This document shows positions 31,524 to 39,641 of a stretch of 64,000 nucleotides of DNA, in pieces. This DNA is from an uncultured cyanobacterium (GTDB lineage: Bacteria > Cyanobacteriota > Cyanobacteriia > Cyanobacteriales > CAWUOF01). The stretch lies in NCBI GenBank assembly GCA_963744145.1, contig CAVUSO010000001.1:1312001-1376000 (forward strand), given 5' to 3'. Each line of letters begins with the position of its first letter. Within the stretch, counting starts at the first letter, position 1. The notes under the pieces are model-generated. The model saw nothing but the letters and a program-made list of their open reading frames with translations, searched no databases and was not told where the DNA came from. The translations under genes were made by a program, and so were the position numbers.

Positions 31524-31856
31524 ATGGAAACCAATTCACTACAAGAACAAATAACTAATTTAAGGGAACGAGTTAGCCAGAACGAGACAGAGTTTGGGAA
31601 AAGAACGAATATTTTACTAGATGAAATGCTCGTAGTTCAACAAAATCTTGCATCTATTACTGAGAAAATAGAGCGATTAACTGAAAGGGTAGATTTAATG
31701 GCTTACGGTCAGTTGCAACTACAAAATACCGTTACAGACTTGTCGGGATTAATGGTGGAATTGGCACAACGTGGTGCAGAAGATCGAACCGAGATTAGAC
31801 GCATCTGGGAATATTTACAACTGCAACAGAGAAACCAAGGCAACGGACAAGGGTAA
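31524..31856 (+). CDS. coiled-coil hypothetical protein, paralog 1 (METNS…IWEYL…GNGQG)
   Basis: three paralogs in the island; heptad periodicity; TGAACG-N17-TATAAT upstream. Confidence 0.8.
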   Translation: METNSLQEQITNLRERVSQNETEFGKRTNILLDEMLVVQQNLASITEKIERLTERVDLMAYGQLQLQNTVTDLSGLMVELAQRGAEDRTEIRRIWEYLQLQQRNQGNGQG

Positions 31857-31862
31857 TAAAAC

Positions 31863-31931
31863 TAATCAATCGGATTCAATCGCTGTAAACATTTATAGCT
31901 AACACTTTTAAGCTTCGTATCCGTTTGATTA
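31863..31931 (+). repeat. inverted-repeat element H copy 1
   Basis: TAATCAATCGGAT-N43-ATCCGTTTGATTA. Confidence 0.8.
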
Positions 31932-31943
31932 ATTTTGAAAACT

Positions 31944-32348
31944 TTAATCGATTTCCCAATCTTCAATAGTCAAGTCATCAATACGCTGAAAGTGGTTAGT
32001 GTTATGGGTGACAAGAGTTAAGTTGTTTGTCAATGCGATCGCTGCAATAAGTACATCAGGTACGCCAATAGGATTCCCTATTCTTTCTAGTTGGGCATAA
32101 ATCCTACCCGCTGCTAACACTGCTAAATTATCAAATAGTAGTGATTCAAAATTAGATAAAAAATTTCGCTGTTGTTCAAGATTAATTCGATATCTACTAC
32201 TCTTGAATGCGCCATAAAATAACTCGAATTCAACCATCGAGCAAACAGCAATATCAGCTATTTCCGTGGATTCTAGCCTTCTTCTTAGTGAAAGATTTCT
32301 ACCTTTTATATAGGTAATGCAAACATTAGTATCTAGCAGGAATATCAC
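31944..32348 (-). CDS. vapC: VapC PIN-domain toxin
   Basis: FLLDTNVCI, ELFYG, DVLIAAIAL, LVTHNTNHF. Confidence 0.9.
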   Translation of the reverse strand: MIFLLDTNVCITYIKGRNLSLRRRLESTEIADIAVCSMVEFELFYGAFKSSRYRINLEQQRNFLSNFESLLFDNLAVLAAGRIYAQLERIGNPIGVPDVLIAAIALTNNLTLVTHNTNHFQRIDDLTIEDWEID

Positions 32349-32371
32349 GATTTTATTAGCTATATTTATGG

Positions 32372-32602
32372 TCAGAACAGATCCCGGCGAAAAAACGTAT
32401 CATCATCGATACAGCCATAGAATTTAGGATCAAGAAACTTTTTCTTTTTTTGATTGGATTCTAGACGGCGCTCTCCAATCGTTCTAGCATCTGAGTAGTT
32501 TTTTTGATGAGTAGGCAAGCTTTGAGACAGGATTTGAATAATATATTGTTTTTCTTCAACTGAAAGCTGCATGAGATAAGCATTTAGCTCTTTAGTTAGC
32601 AT
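32372..32602 (-). CDS. putative antitoxin
   Basis: 76 aa directly upstream of vapC; FYGCIDDDTF C-terminus. Confidence 0.6.
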   Translation of the reverse strand: MLTKELNAYLMQLSVEEKQYIIQILSQSLPTHQKNYSDARTIGERRLESNQKKKKFLDPKFYGCIDDDTFFRRDLF

Positions 32603-33121
32603 AAGAAGACCTCATTATTACTGTTACTAACAATCTAACAGCGATCGCCAAAATTATTGAAATGTCGTTCATTCTCCCGTCAGAAAATATACAACAATAA
32701 TCCAGATCCGGCTAATTGGAGACACCAAGACCGAACTGGAGCAAGTGATTACCTACGGTACAAGCTAGTGAACGCAGTCCATACCCAACATCCAGATCAC
32801 CACTTTTCAAGACATCAAGCAATCCCAAATATTCAGAGGAAAACTGGATCGCATCTGGGACAATCACCCTGTAGGACTGCGATCGCCTGTCAACAAAGAT
32901 AGCCTCACGAAAATTGACTATCAATTTTCTGACCGTCAGGGCGCACTATCCCATTTTCCCCCCAAGTAATACAGGAGTTGATCCTAAAATTGAAAGCTTA
33001 ATTTTCTTCATACAGTTTTTATTTAGCCAATATTACCTAATTATTTATCAAAGTCTGATTCCCGCTTTGCCGTGTGATGATGTCCAGATTTGCTGCAAGT
33101 TAGCTGGGGAAATTTTTATTC

Positions 33122-33742
33122 TCAACTAAATATATGTATGGCCTTCATCAACCTGGAATAGGACTCGTATAGTGATTGAGACGGAATTGGGACTTCATTC
33201 CATAAACCATCTTGAAGATGAGGCTCGCCTCCTGGAAGAGCTAGTTCAAGAATATCTTCTCTGTCCATTTGCGTCCAATCACCAGGACTGATGGTTGAAG
33301 CATAGACTCGATACAATAATTCACGTTTTTCATCAATGCTTAAAAGAGGTTCGCTAAACGCATCTCTGAAAAAATCATCAAGGGAAAGTGCGGTAAAAGA
33401 CAGTTGAAGGGCTAATGCAGCTTTACGTCCTCTAGATACAGCGTAAGCAATTACACGATTAAAATCACGCAGACTGATGGTTTGACATACCCGATTTCCT
33501 TTTAAAGTTTCACATACTACTTTTTCAATTTTTCCTGTAAAACCTAAGCTGCGTAAAACTTTAATTGACGTACCGGTTTCTCTATCTAAGAGTCGATACA
33601 ACCAATTTTCGGCATATCCTAAAACTTTACTAGCCCCAATTAGGCTCACCCTAAAATTACCATTGGGCATTCGATAACCATCAACCTCTAAGCCTTCAAA
33701 AAACGTTACTGTTCGATACTCAGCTTGGATTGGAAAAGACAT
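33122..33742 (-). CDS. hypothetical protein, possibly a phage antirepressor-like DNA-binding protein
   Basis: LEVDGYRMPNGNFRVSLIGASKVLG resembles mobile-element DNA-binding N-termini; family assignment tentative. Confidence 0.55.
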   Translation of the reverse strand: MSFPIQAEYRTVTFFEGLEVDGYRMPNGNFRVSLIGASKVLGYAENWLYRLLDRETGTSIKVLRSLGFTGKIEKVVCETLKGNRVCQTISLRDFNRVIAYAVSRGRKAALALQLSFTALSLDDFFRDAFSEPLLSIDEKRELLYRVYASTISPGDWTQMDREDILELALPGGEPHLQDGLWNEVPIPSQSLYESYSRLMKAIHIFS

Positions 33743-33826
33743 AGATAATACCTTTATTCAATTCCTGTACATAATATATTATACATAATATATACATAAT
33801 ATATTTTAACTGCAAGGAAGTTGATA

Positions 33827-33942
33827 AGTACCTGGACAAAAATAAACAGTGTTATATGAGGGTTGCGGAACTACCTCAAAACCTTGCGATTGCTTCGCTT
33901 CGCTCGCAATGACATACTTACGTTTATTTATGTCCGACTACT
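33827..33942. mobile_element. 116-bp MITE with TA target duplication
   Basis: TIR AGTACCTGGACAAAAATAAAC / GTTTATTTATGTCCGACTACT; TA on both sides; empty site at 34807. Confidence 0.85.
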
Positions 33943-34012
33943 TAGCCTATCTGGGGTTGTGCCAACATAACCGTAAAATGTGTCGAATTAGCCCCGCATA
34001 AAGCAAAATAAA

Positions 34013-34040
34013 TAGCCCCTAGGGATAACCGACTAGGGGC
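34013..34040 (-). terminator. intrinsic terminator downstream of 34186-34737
   Basis: GCCCCTAG-N10-CTAGGGGC followed by a T-rich tract on the minus strand. Confidence 0.6.
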
Positions 34041-34185
34041 ATAGAGAAATTCTGAGGTGATTATAACGGTTGAGGGGTCAAATGGGCATTCATTCCGAAA
34101 GCTACGCTAATGCTGTAACTCTTGCTGGATAAGCATTCTATCAATCTATTTTTTGGCAATTCTTAATGTACCAATCAACCTATAT

Positions 34186-34737
34186 CTATTTGGGCACCCA
34201 AATAAGCAGACCCTTCTCTCCAGGAAATGCCGCTTCTTCTTTATTACGCCACTCAAAGTAGATTTCAATTTTTACTTTCAGTTCCTCCACTAGATGGAGT
34301 ATATTGCGCCATGCCAAATTTGCATCTACACCTTGCACTGAAATATGTGCCTCCCGTATGTATTTAAATCCACAATCACTCTTCTCACCTTTTACAACAT
34401 GGGATAGAGTCCGCTCGATCAGTTCGTCTACAAGCATTCCTTGACGCACAGCAAGCTTATGCACTACATGAACAATTTTGTTCCAGTTCGGTTGACGGAT
34501 TTCTTGATTGTCAATCGTAGCTTGAATGATCTTCGTATGTTGGAGATCAGTCGGTGTATCAAGGTTTATCACCTTGTAGTTAACTGTTTTAGATATCTGT
34601 TGGATTTGGCTACGTGCCTCATATTCATCCAATAGCCGCTCGATAACAGTTATGGGCGTGTCCTCAAAAGGGATAGCAATGGCTTGAAGTCTTTCATATA
34701 AAGGATCAGGGATGCTAATGACTGGCATAGTTACCAT
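34186..34737 (-). CDS. hypothetical protein with ribbon-helix-helix-like N-terminus
   Basis: MPVISIPDPLYERLQAIA…TPITVIERLLD strand-helix-helix pattern. Confidence 0.6.
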   Translation of the reverse strand: MVTMPVISIPDPLYERLQAIAIPFEDTPITVIERLLDEYEARSQIQQISKTVNYKVINLDTPTDLQHTKIIQATIDNQEIRQPNWNKIVHVVHKLAVRQGMLVDELIERTLSHVVKGEKSDCGFKYIREAHISVQGVDANLAWRNILHLVEELKVKIEIYFEWRNKEEAAFPGEKGLLIWVPK

Positions 34738-34930
34738 GTATTGGTCTTGTACAGAATATATTATAACAAATATATACAGAATATATTATAATTGCAAGGA
34801 ATTTGATAGCTTATCTGGGGTTATGCCAACATAATTGTAAAATGTGTCGATTATCCGCATTAAAGTATCGATATAGTGTTACTTCTTAGCGCAATCACGG
34901 CAAAACCAGCCTTCACATTATTTTCTTAAG

Positions 34931-35141
34931 CCATCAAGGTCTTGGTTTAACAAGCGCTCAAATGGCTTGTAAGAGTTCGACTCGCTCCGGTGTGACTTAG
35001 GCTATGTGGAGAAACAAAAGTTTCTCCATGTAGGGGACACCTTGATGGGGCTAACGCCCCTAAATAAAGTCAAGTCCAATATTTTGAGCGAGTCGGTGAG
35101 GATATTAAAGTTTCTCTATGTAGGTATCACCGGAGCAAGCC
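34931..35141. ncRNA. candidate structured non-coding element
   Basis: several 8-14 bp nested and alternative helices (see findings); no ORF. Confidence 0.35.
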
Positions 35142-35216
35142 AGTAAAGCGATTACTACGGTACACGCTAGTGAACGCAACTAGAATGAGAATTAGCGGAG
35201 CTACTCAGTAAATGGG

Positions 35217-35804
35217 ATGGTGAGAAAGATGACCGCAGTAGCAACAAAACCAACAAGAAAGCAATTCACGGTAGAGGAATATTACAAACTGGGTGAATTG
35301 GGGATGCTTGGGGATGGGAGGACAGAATTAATTGATGGGGATATTATTTTTATGGCACCGATGGGTAGTCGTCATGCAAATTGTGTCGATGGCTTGGCAG
35401 AAATTTTCTATGACGCTTTGGGTAAACGTGCCAGAATCAGATCGCAAGCCCCGATTAGGCTAAATGGAAAATTAGAACCGGAACCCGATCTATCAATTCT
35501 GAAACGCCGCAAAGGTTTTTATGAAGAATCACATCCACAGCCTCAAGACATATATTTACTAATCGAAGTATCAGTTACTACGATTAACGATGATCGTAAT
35601 GTCAAGTCAGTCCTCTATGCCAAAGCTGGGATTATTGAACTTTGGATTGTAGACATAGAAGGACAATTAGTTGAGGTGTATCGCCATCCCGGTGCTAATG
35701 GTTATGAAAGTATCCAACAATTTAGACCCGGTAACTCAATCTCCCCTCTTTCATTTCCAGACATAGCGATCGCCGTTGACGATATTCTATGGACTAATCC
35801 CTAA
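35217..35804 (+). CDS. Uma2 family endonuclease
   Basis: FTVEEYYKL, ELIDGDI, EPEPDL, LLIEVS, YAKAGIIELWIVD. Confidence 0.9.
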   Translation: MVRKMTAVATKPTRKQFTVEEYYKLGELGMLGDGRTELIDGDIIFMAPMGSRHANCVDGLAEIFYDALGKRARIRSQAPIRLNGKLEPEPDLSILKRRKGFYEESHPQPQDIYLLIEVSVTTINDDRNVKSVLYAKAGIIELWIVDIEGQLVEVYRHPGANGYESIQQFRPGNSISPLSFPDIAIAVDDILWTNP

Positions 35805-35833
35805 CAAAAACCTTAAACGAACCGTATTGCATT

Positions 35834-35960
35834 CCCCTGGTAGTAAGAAGCAACCAGGGATTTTTTTTACCAAGACCAACGAATTTAAGGCATAATCAAT
35901 AAGAAAACCATCTGATTTTTTAAATTTTATTAAAAATCTGAGCAAAATTAAGAAAATTGG
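35834..35960 (+). repeat. block A copy 2
   Basis: near-identical to 31301-31427; identity continues into the coiled-coil gene promoter. Confidence 0.9.
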
Positions 35961-36056
35961 CTAGCGGTCAATTAGATTTCAAATAGGTTCTATACTACGT
36001 GAACGCAAAACTAACAGACAGCTATAATAAAATTGAGCCAAATCAACTAAAGCAAC

Positions 36057-36389
36057 ATGGAAACCAATTCACTGCAAGAACAAATAACAGCGTTAAGAGA
36101 ACGAGTTAGCCAGGATGAGACAGAATTTGGGAAAAGAACGAATATTTTACTAGATGAAATGCTCGTAACTCAGCAAAATCTAGATCGATTAACTGAAAGG
36201 GTAGATGCACTAGCAGATGGTCAACGGCAAATGCTAGCTACTATTACCAACTTGTCTGGATTTATGCTGGAATTAGCACAACGCGATCGCGAATTAGCAG
36301 AACGTGGTGCAGAAGATCGAGCCGAGATTAGACGCATCTGGGAATATTTACAACTGCAACAGAGAAACCAAGGCAACGGACAAGGGTAA
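36057..36389 (+). CDS. coiled-coil hypothetical protein, paralog 2
   Basis: paralog of 31524-31856. Confidence 0.8.
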   Translation: METNSLQEQITALRERVSQDETEFGKRTNILLDEMLVTQQNLDRLTERVDALADGQRQMLATITNLSGFMLELAQRDRELAERGAEDRAEIRRIWEYLQLQQRNQGNGQG

Positions 36390-36395
36390 CAAAAT

Positions 36396-36464
36396 TAATC
36401 AACCGGATTCAATTGCTGTAAATGATTACAGCTAATACTTTCAAGCTTTATATCCGATTGATTA
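36396..36464 (+). repeat. inverted-repeat element H copy 2
   Basis: TAATCAACCGGAT-N43-ATCCGATTGATTA. Confidence 0.8.
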
Positions 36465-36616
36465 GTTATCGTAATTATTGAAAATATCGTCCATTCTCTA
36501 GCTAGAGAATAGACAGCCATTGGATCGTAGGATGATGGGACTACGATCAAAAACAACCCTGTAGATGACATGAACGCAGCTAGAATGAGAATTAGCGGAG
36601 CTACTCAGTAAATAGG

Positions 36617-37210
36617 ATGGTGAGAAAGATGATTACGGTAGCAACAGAACCAACAAGAAAGCAATTCACGGTAGAGGAATATTACCAGCTGGGTGAATTG
36701 GGGATGCTTGGGGATGGGAGGACAGAATTAATCGATGGGGATATTATTTTTATGGCAGCGATCGGTAGTCGTCATATCAGGGGTCTAATTCGATTGAATA
36801 GAATTTTCACAAGACTGTTAAATGATCGTGCTTCAGTCGTACCACAAATCCCAGTCAGATTAAACGGAAAATTACAACCGGAACTGGATCTAGCGGTTTT
36901 GAAACTGCGTGATGATGATTACGGGGATCTGCTCCCACAACCCCAAGACGTATATTTATTAATTGAAGGGGCGTATTGCAATACGCCCGTACACACCACT
37001 ATTGACCACGACCGTAATGTGAAGTCAGTTCGCTATAGTAAAGCAGGAATTATTGAACTTTGGATCGTAGACATAGAAGCCGAATTAATTGAGGTTTATC
37101 GCCATCCGAGTCCTAATGGTTATGAGAGTATCCAACAATTTAGACGCGGTGAAACTATTTCACCCTTAGCCTTTAGCGATGTGGTGATCAGAGTTGACGA
37201 TATTTTGTAA
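36617..37210 (+). CDS. Uma2 family endonuclease with in-frame palindrome insertion
   Basis: paralog of 35217-35804; LLIE-GAYCNTPVH-TTI. Confidence 0.85.
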   Translation: MVRKMITVATEPTRKQFTVEEYYQLGELGMLGDGRTELIDGDIIFMAAIGSRHIRGLIRLNRIFTRLLNDRASVVPQIPVRLNGKLQPELDLAVLKLRDDDYGDLLPQPQDVYLLIEGAYCNTPVHTTIDHDRNVKSVRYSKAGIIELWIVDIEAELIEVYRHPSPNGYESIQQFRRGETISPLAFSDVVIRVDDIL

Positions 37211-37225
37211 ATCATTTACCAAAAA

Positions 37226-37294
37226 TAATCAACCGGATTGAATAGCTAGAAATTTTATACTAAAATACTTTTAAGCTTTATATCAGTTTGATTG
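37226..37294 (+). repeat. inverted-repeat element H copy 3
   Basis: TAATCAACCGGAT-N43-ATCAGTTTGATTG. Confidence 0.75.
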
Positions 37295-37378
37295 GTATTC
37301 GTAAACTATTCAACGACTGAATATTATCTAGTCAGAGAATTGACAGCCATGGGATCAAGCCAAATTAACTAAAGTAAC

Positions 37379-37732
37379 ATGGAAACTAATTCAATACAAG
37401 AACAAATATCTAATTTAAGGGAACGAGTCAGTCAGGTCGAAACAGAATTTGGGAAAAGATCGAATATTTTACTAGATGAAATGCTCGTAACTCAGCAAAA
37501 TCTAGATCGATTAACTGAAAGGGTAGATTTACTAGCAGATGGTCAACGGCAAATGCTAGCTACTATTACAGACTTGTCCGGATTAATGATGCAATTAGCC
37601 CAACACAATATCGAATTAGCACAACGCGATCGCGAATTAGCAGAACGTGGTGCAGAAGATCGAGCCGAGATTAGACGCATCTGGGAATATTTACAACTGC
37701 AACAGAGAAACCAAGGTAACGGACAAGGTTAA
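37379..37732 (+). CDS. coiled-coil hypothetical protein, paralog 3
   Basis: paralog with one extra heptad (117 aa). Confidence 0.8.
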   Translation: METNSIQEQISNLRERVSQVETEFGKRSNILLDEMLVTQQNLDRLTERVDLLADGQRQMLATITDLSGLMMQLAQHNIELAQRDRELAERGAEDRAEIRRIWEYLQLQQRNQGNGQG

Positions 37733-37739
37733 CAAAAAC

Positions 37740-37809
37740 TAATCAACCGGATTCAATCGCGCTTACCGTTAAACTAACAATTGTTTCAAGCTTTATATCC
37801 GTTTGATTG
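37740..37809 (+). repeat. inverted-repeat element H copy 4
   Basis: TAATCAACCGGAT-N44-ATCCGTTTGATTG. Confidence 0.8.
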
Positions 37810-37919
37810 GTACTCGTAATTATTGAAAATGTCGTTCATTCTCTAGTCAGAGAATTGACAACAACAATCCAGATCCGGCTAATTGGAGACACCAAGACCA
37901 AACTGGGCAACAGAAAAAG

Positions 37920-38046
37920 CCCCTGGTAGTAACAAGCAACCAGGGATTTTTTTTGCCAAGACCAACGAATTTAAGGCATAATCAATAAGAAAACCATCTG
38001 ATTTTTTAAGTTTTATTAAAAATCTGAGCAAAATTCAGAAAATTGG
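37920..38046 (+). repeat. block A copy 3 (directly upstream of deoC)
   Basis: near-identical to copies 1 and 2; ends 17 nt before the deoC ATG. Confidence 0.9.
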
Positions 38047-38063
38047 TGGCACGGAAAAAAGCT

Positions 38064-38759
38064 ATGGCTGCAATCCAGCATACAGAGATCGACATTGCCC
38101 AATATATAGACCACGCTCTCCTCAATCCTGGCGCTACTTTGGCGCAAGTAGAGCAGTGGTGTGAAGAAGCAGACCGATTCCATTTTGCCACAGTCTGTGT
38201 TTATCCTGCTTATGTACGTCAAGCAGTCCACTTTCTCCAGGGAAAAGCGCCAAAAGTCTGCACAGTAATTGGGTTTCCCACGGGAGCAACTACTGCTGCT
38301 ACTAAGCTTTACGAAGCCCAAGAAGCAGTAGAAAATGGTGCAACTGAACTTGATGTAGTCATTAACCAGGGTTTGTTAAAAACGGGAAAACCGAATGAAG
38401 TACATCGGGAAATCGCGGAAATTTGTGAGGAAACTGGTCAAGTAGTCAAAGCGATTATTGAAATATCTCAACTCACAGAAGCAGAAAAACGATTAGCTGC
38501 TGAGATTTGTATGGAAGCAGGAGTGGCTTTTTTGAAAACTAGCACGGGCTGGTATGGTGGTGCCACAGTAGCAGATGTACGATTGCTGAAGAAAATTACC
38601 AAAGGACAAGTCGGAATTAAAGCTGCGGGAGGAATTAGGACAATCGACCAAGCAGTAGATTTAATTATGGCTGGTGCTACTCGTTTGGGAACTTCTCGGG
38701 GAGTAGAGTTAATTCGTCAACGCGATCGCCCAAACCCCCAAAATTATGAGGATGAGTAA
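38064..38759 (+). CDS. deoC: deoxyribose-phosphate aldolase
   Basis: [38 protein letters not shown]. Confidence 0.95.
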   Translation: MAAIQHTEIDIAQYIDHALLNPGATLAQVEQWCEEADRFHFATVCVYPAYVRQAVHFLQGKAPKVCTVIGFPTGATTAATKLYEAQEAVENGATELDVVINQGLLKTGKPNEVHREIAEICEETGQVVKAIIEISQLTEAEKRLAAEICMEAGVAFLKTSTGWYGGATVADVRLLKKITKGQVGIKAAGGIRTIDQAVDLIMAGATRLGTSRGVELIRQRDRPNPQNYEDE

Positions 38760-38770
38760 GCATAAGCAAG

Positions 38771-39592
38771 ATGAGCCGAACCTATAAAGCCACAGGAATT
38801 AACCTGAAAGGAATACCCCTAGGTGAAGCCGATCGCCTACTGACAATTTTAACCCGGGAATTTGGCGTGATTCGGGCAGTAGCACCGTCAGCCCGGAAAT
38901 ATAATTCACAATTAGGTGGGAGAAGTGGATTGTTTGTCGTGAATCAGCTCCTGATCTCCAAAGGGCGATCGCTAGATAAAATTACCCAAGCAGAAACCTT
39001 AATATCCTATCCCGGATTAGGTAAAGACTTGAGGAAATTAGCCGCAGGGCAGTATTTAGCGGAACTGGTTCTATGTCATGCTTTAAGTGATCAACCACAA
39101 GAAGAACTATATGGATTACTAAACGAACATTTAAGCCGTTTGGAACAAGCTCCCCCTGATCAAGCGATCGCCTATCTCACTCATGCGATCTTTCATTTAT
39201 TAGCATTAGCTGGGATCGCCCCCCAATTCCAATTTTGCTGTGTGACCAAAGCCGCGATCGCTCCAAATTTCCATGATCCAGATTGGCGGATTGGATTTAG
39301 TATCAGTGGAGGTGGGATTGTCAATCTCCAACGGTCTACTCTCTCCCATCCGGAAAATTGCCAGCCCCAAGAACTACCTCCCCTAAATGCCAAACTGAAT
39401 GCTCCAGAATTAGCCATCTGTCAACAGTTAGGACAAACTCCTTTACCCCAATTCTTGGACAGCTCGGTCAACCAAGGAGAATTTGCTGCCGCATGGTTGT
39501 CAGGAGAGCGGATTTTACGTCAATATGCCCAATATCATTTTGGACGTTCAATTCGTTCTGCAACCCTGATCGATACCTATTTTTCTAGGTGA
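38771..39592 (+). CDS. recO: DNA repair protein RecO
   Basis: [24 protein letters not shown]-fold; deoC-recO synteny. Confidence 0.92.
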   Translation: MSRTYKATGINLKGIPLGEADRLLTILTREFGVIRAVAPSARKYNSQLGGRSGLFVVNQLLISKGRSLDKITQAETLISYPGLGKDLRKLAAGQYLAELVLCHALSDQPQEELYGLLNEHLSRLEQAPPDQAIAYLTHAIFHLLALAGIAPQFQFCCVTKAAIAPNFHDPDWRIGFSISGGGIVNLQRSTLSHPENCQPQELPPLNAKLNAPELAICQQLGQTPLPQFLDSSVNQGEFAAAWLSGERILRQYAQYHFGRSIRSATLIDTYFSR

Positions 39593-39641
39593 TCAACTCT
39601 AATTTAATGATTTCCCCTGATCCTCAATTAATCTTTAATCC

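Noticed and set aside
32657..33129. Short ORFs 32657-32902, 32712-32924, 32914-33129
   Set aside because: They overlap repeated non-coding modules or each other and have no motifs.
34964..34992. tRNA gene or tRNA-derived att site (GAGTTCGACTC T-loop-like)
   Set aside because: The T-stem pairs poorly and no D arm, anticodon arm or acceptor stem can be built.
31301..38046. CRISPR array or classical integron
   Set aside because: Repeats are long, irregularly spaced and separated by genes; no cas or intI; H elements lack consistent RYYYAAC/GTTRRRY attC ends.
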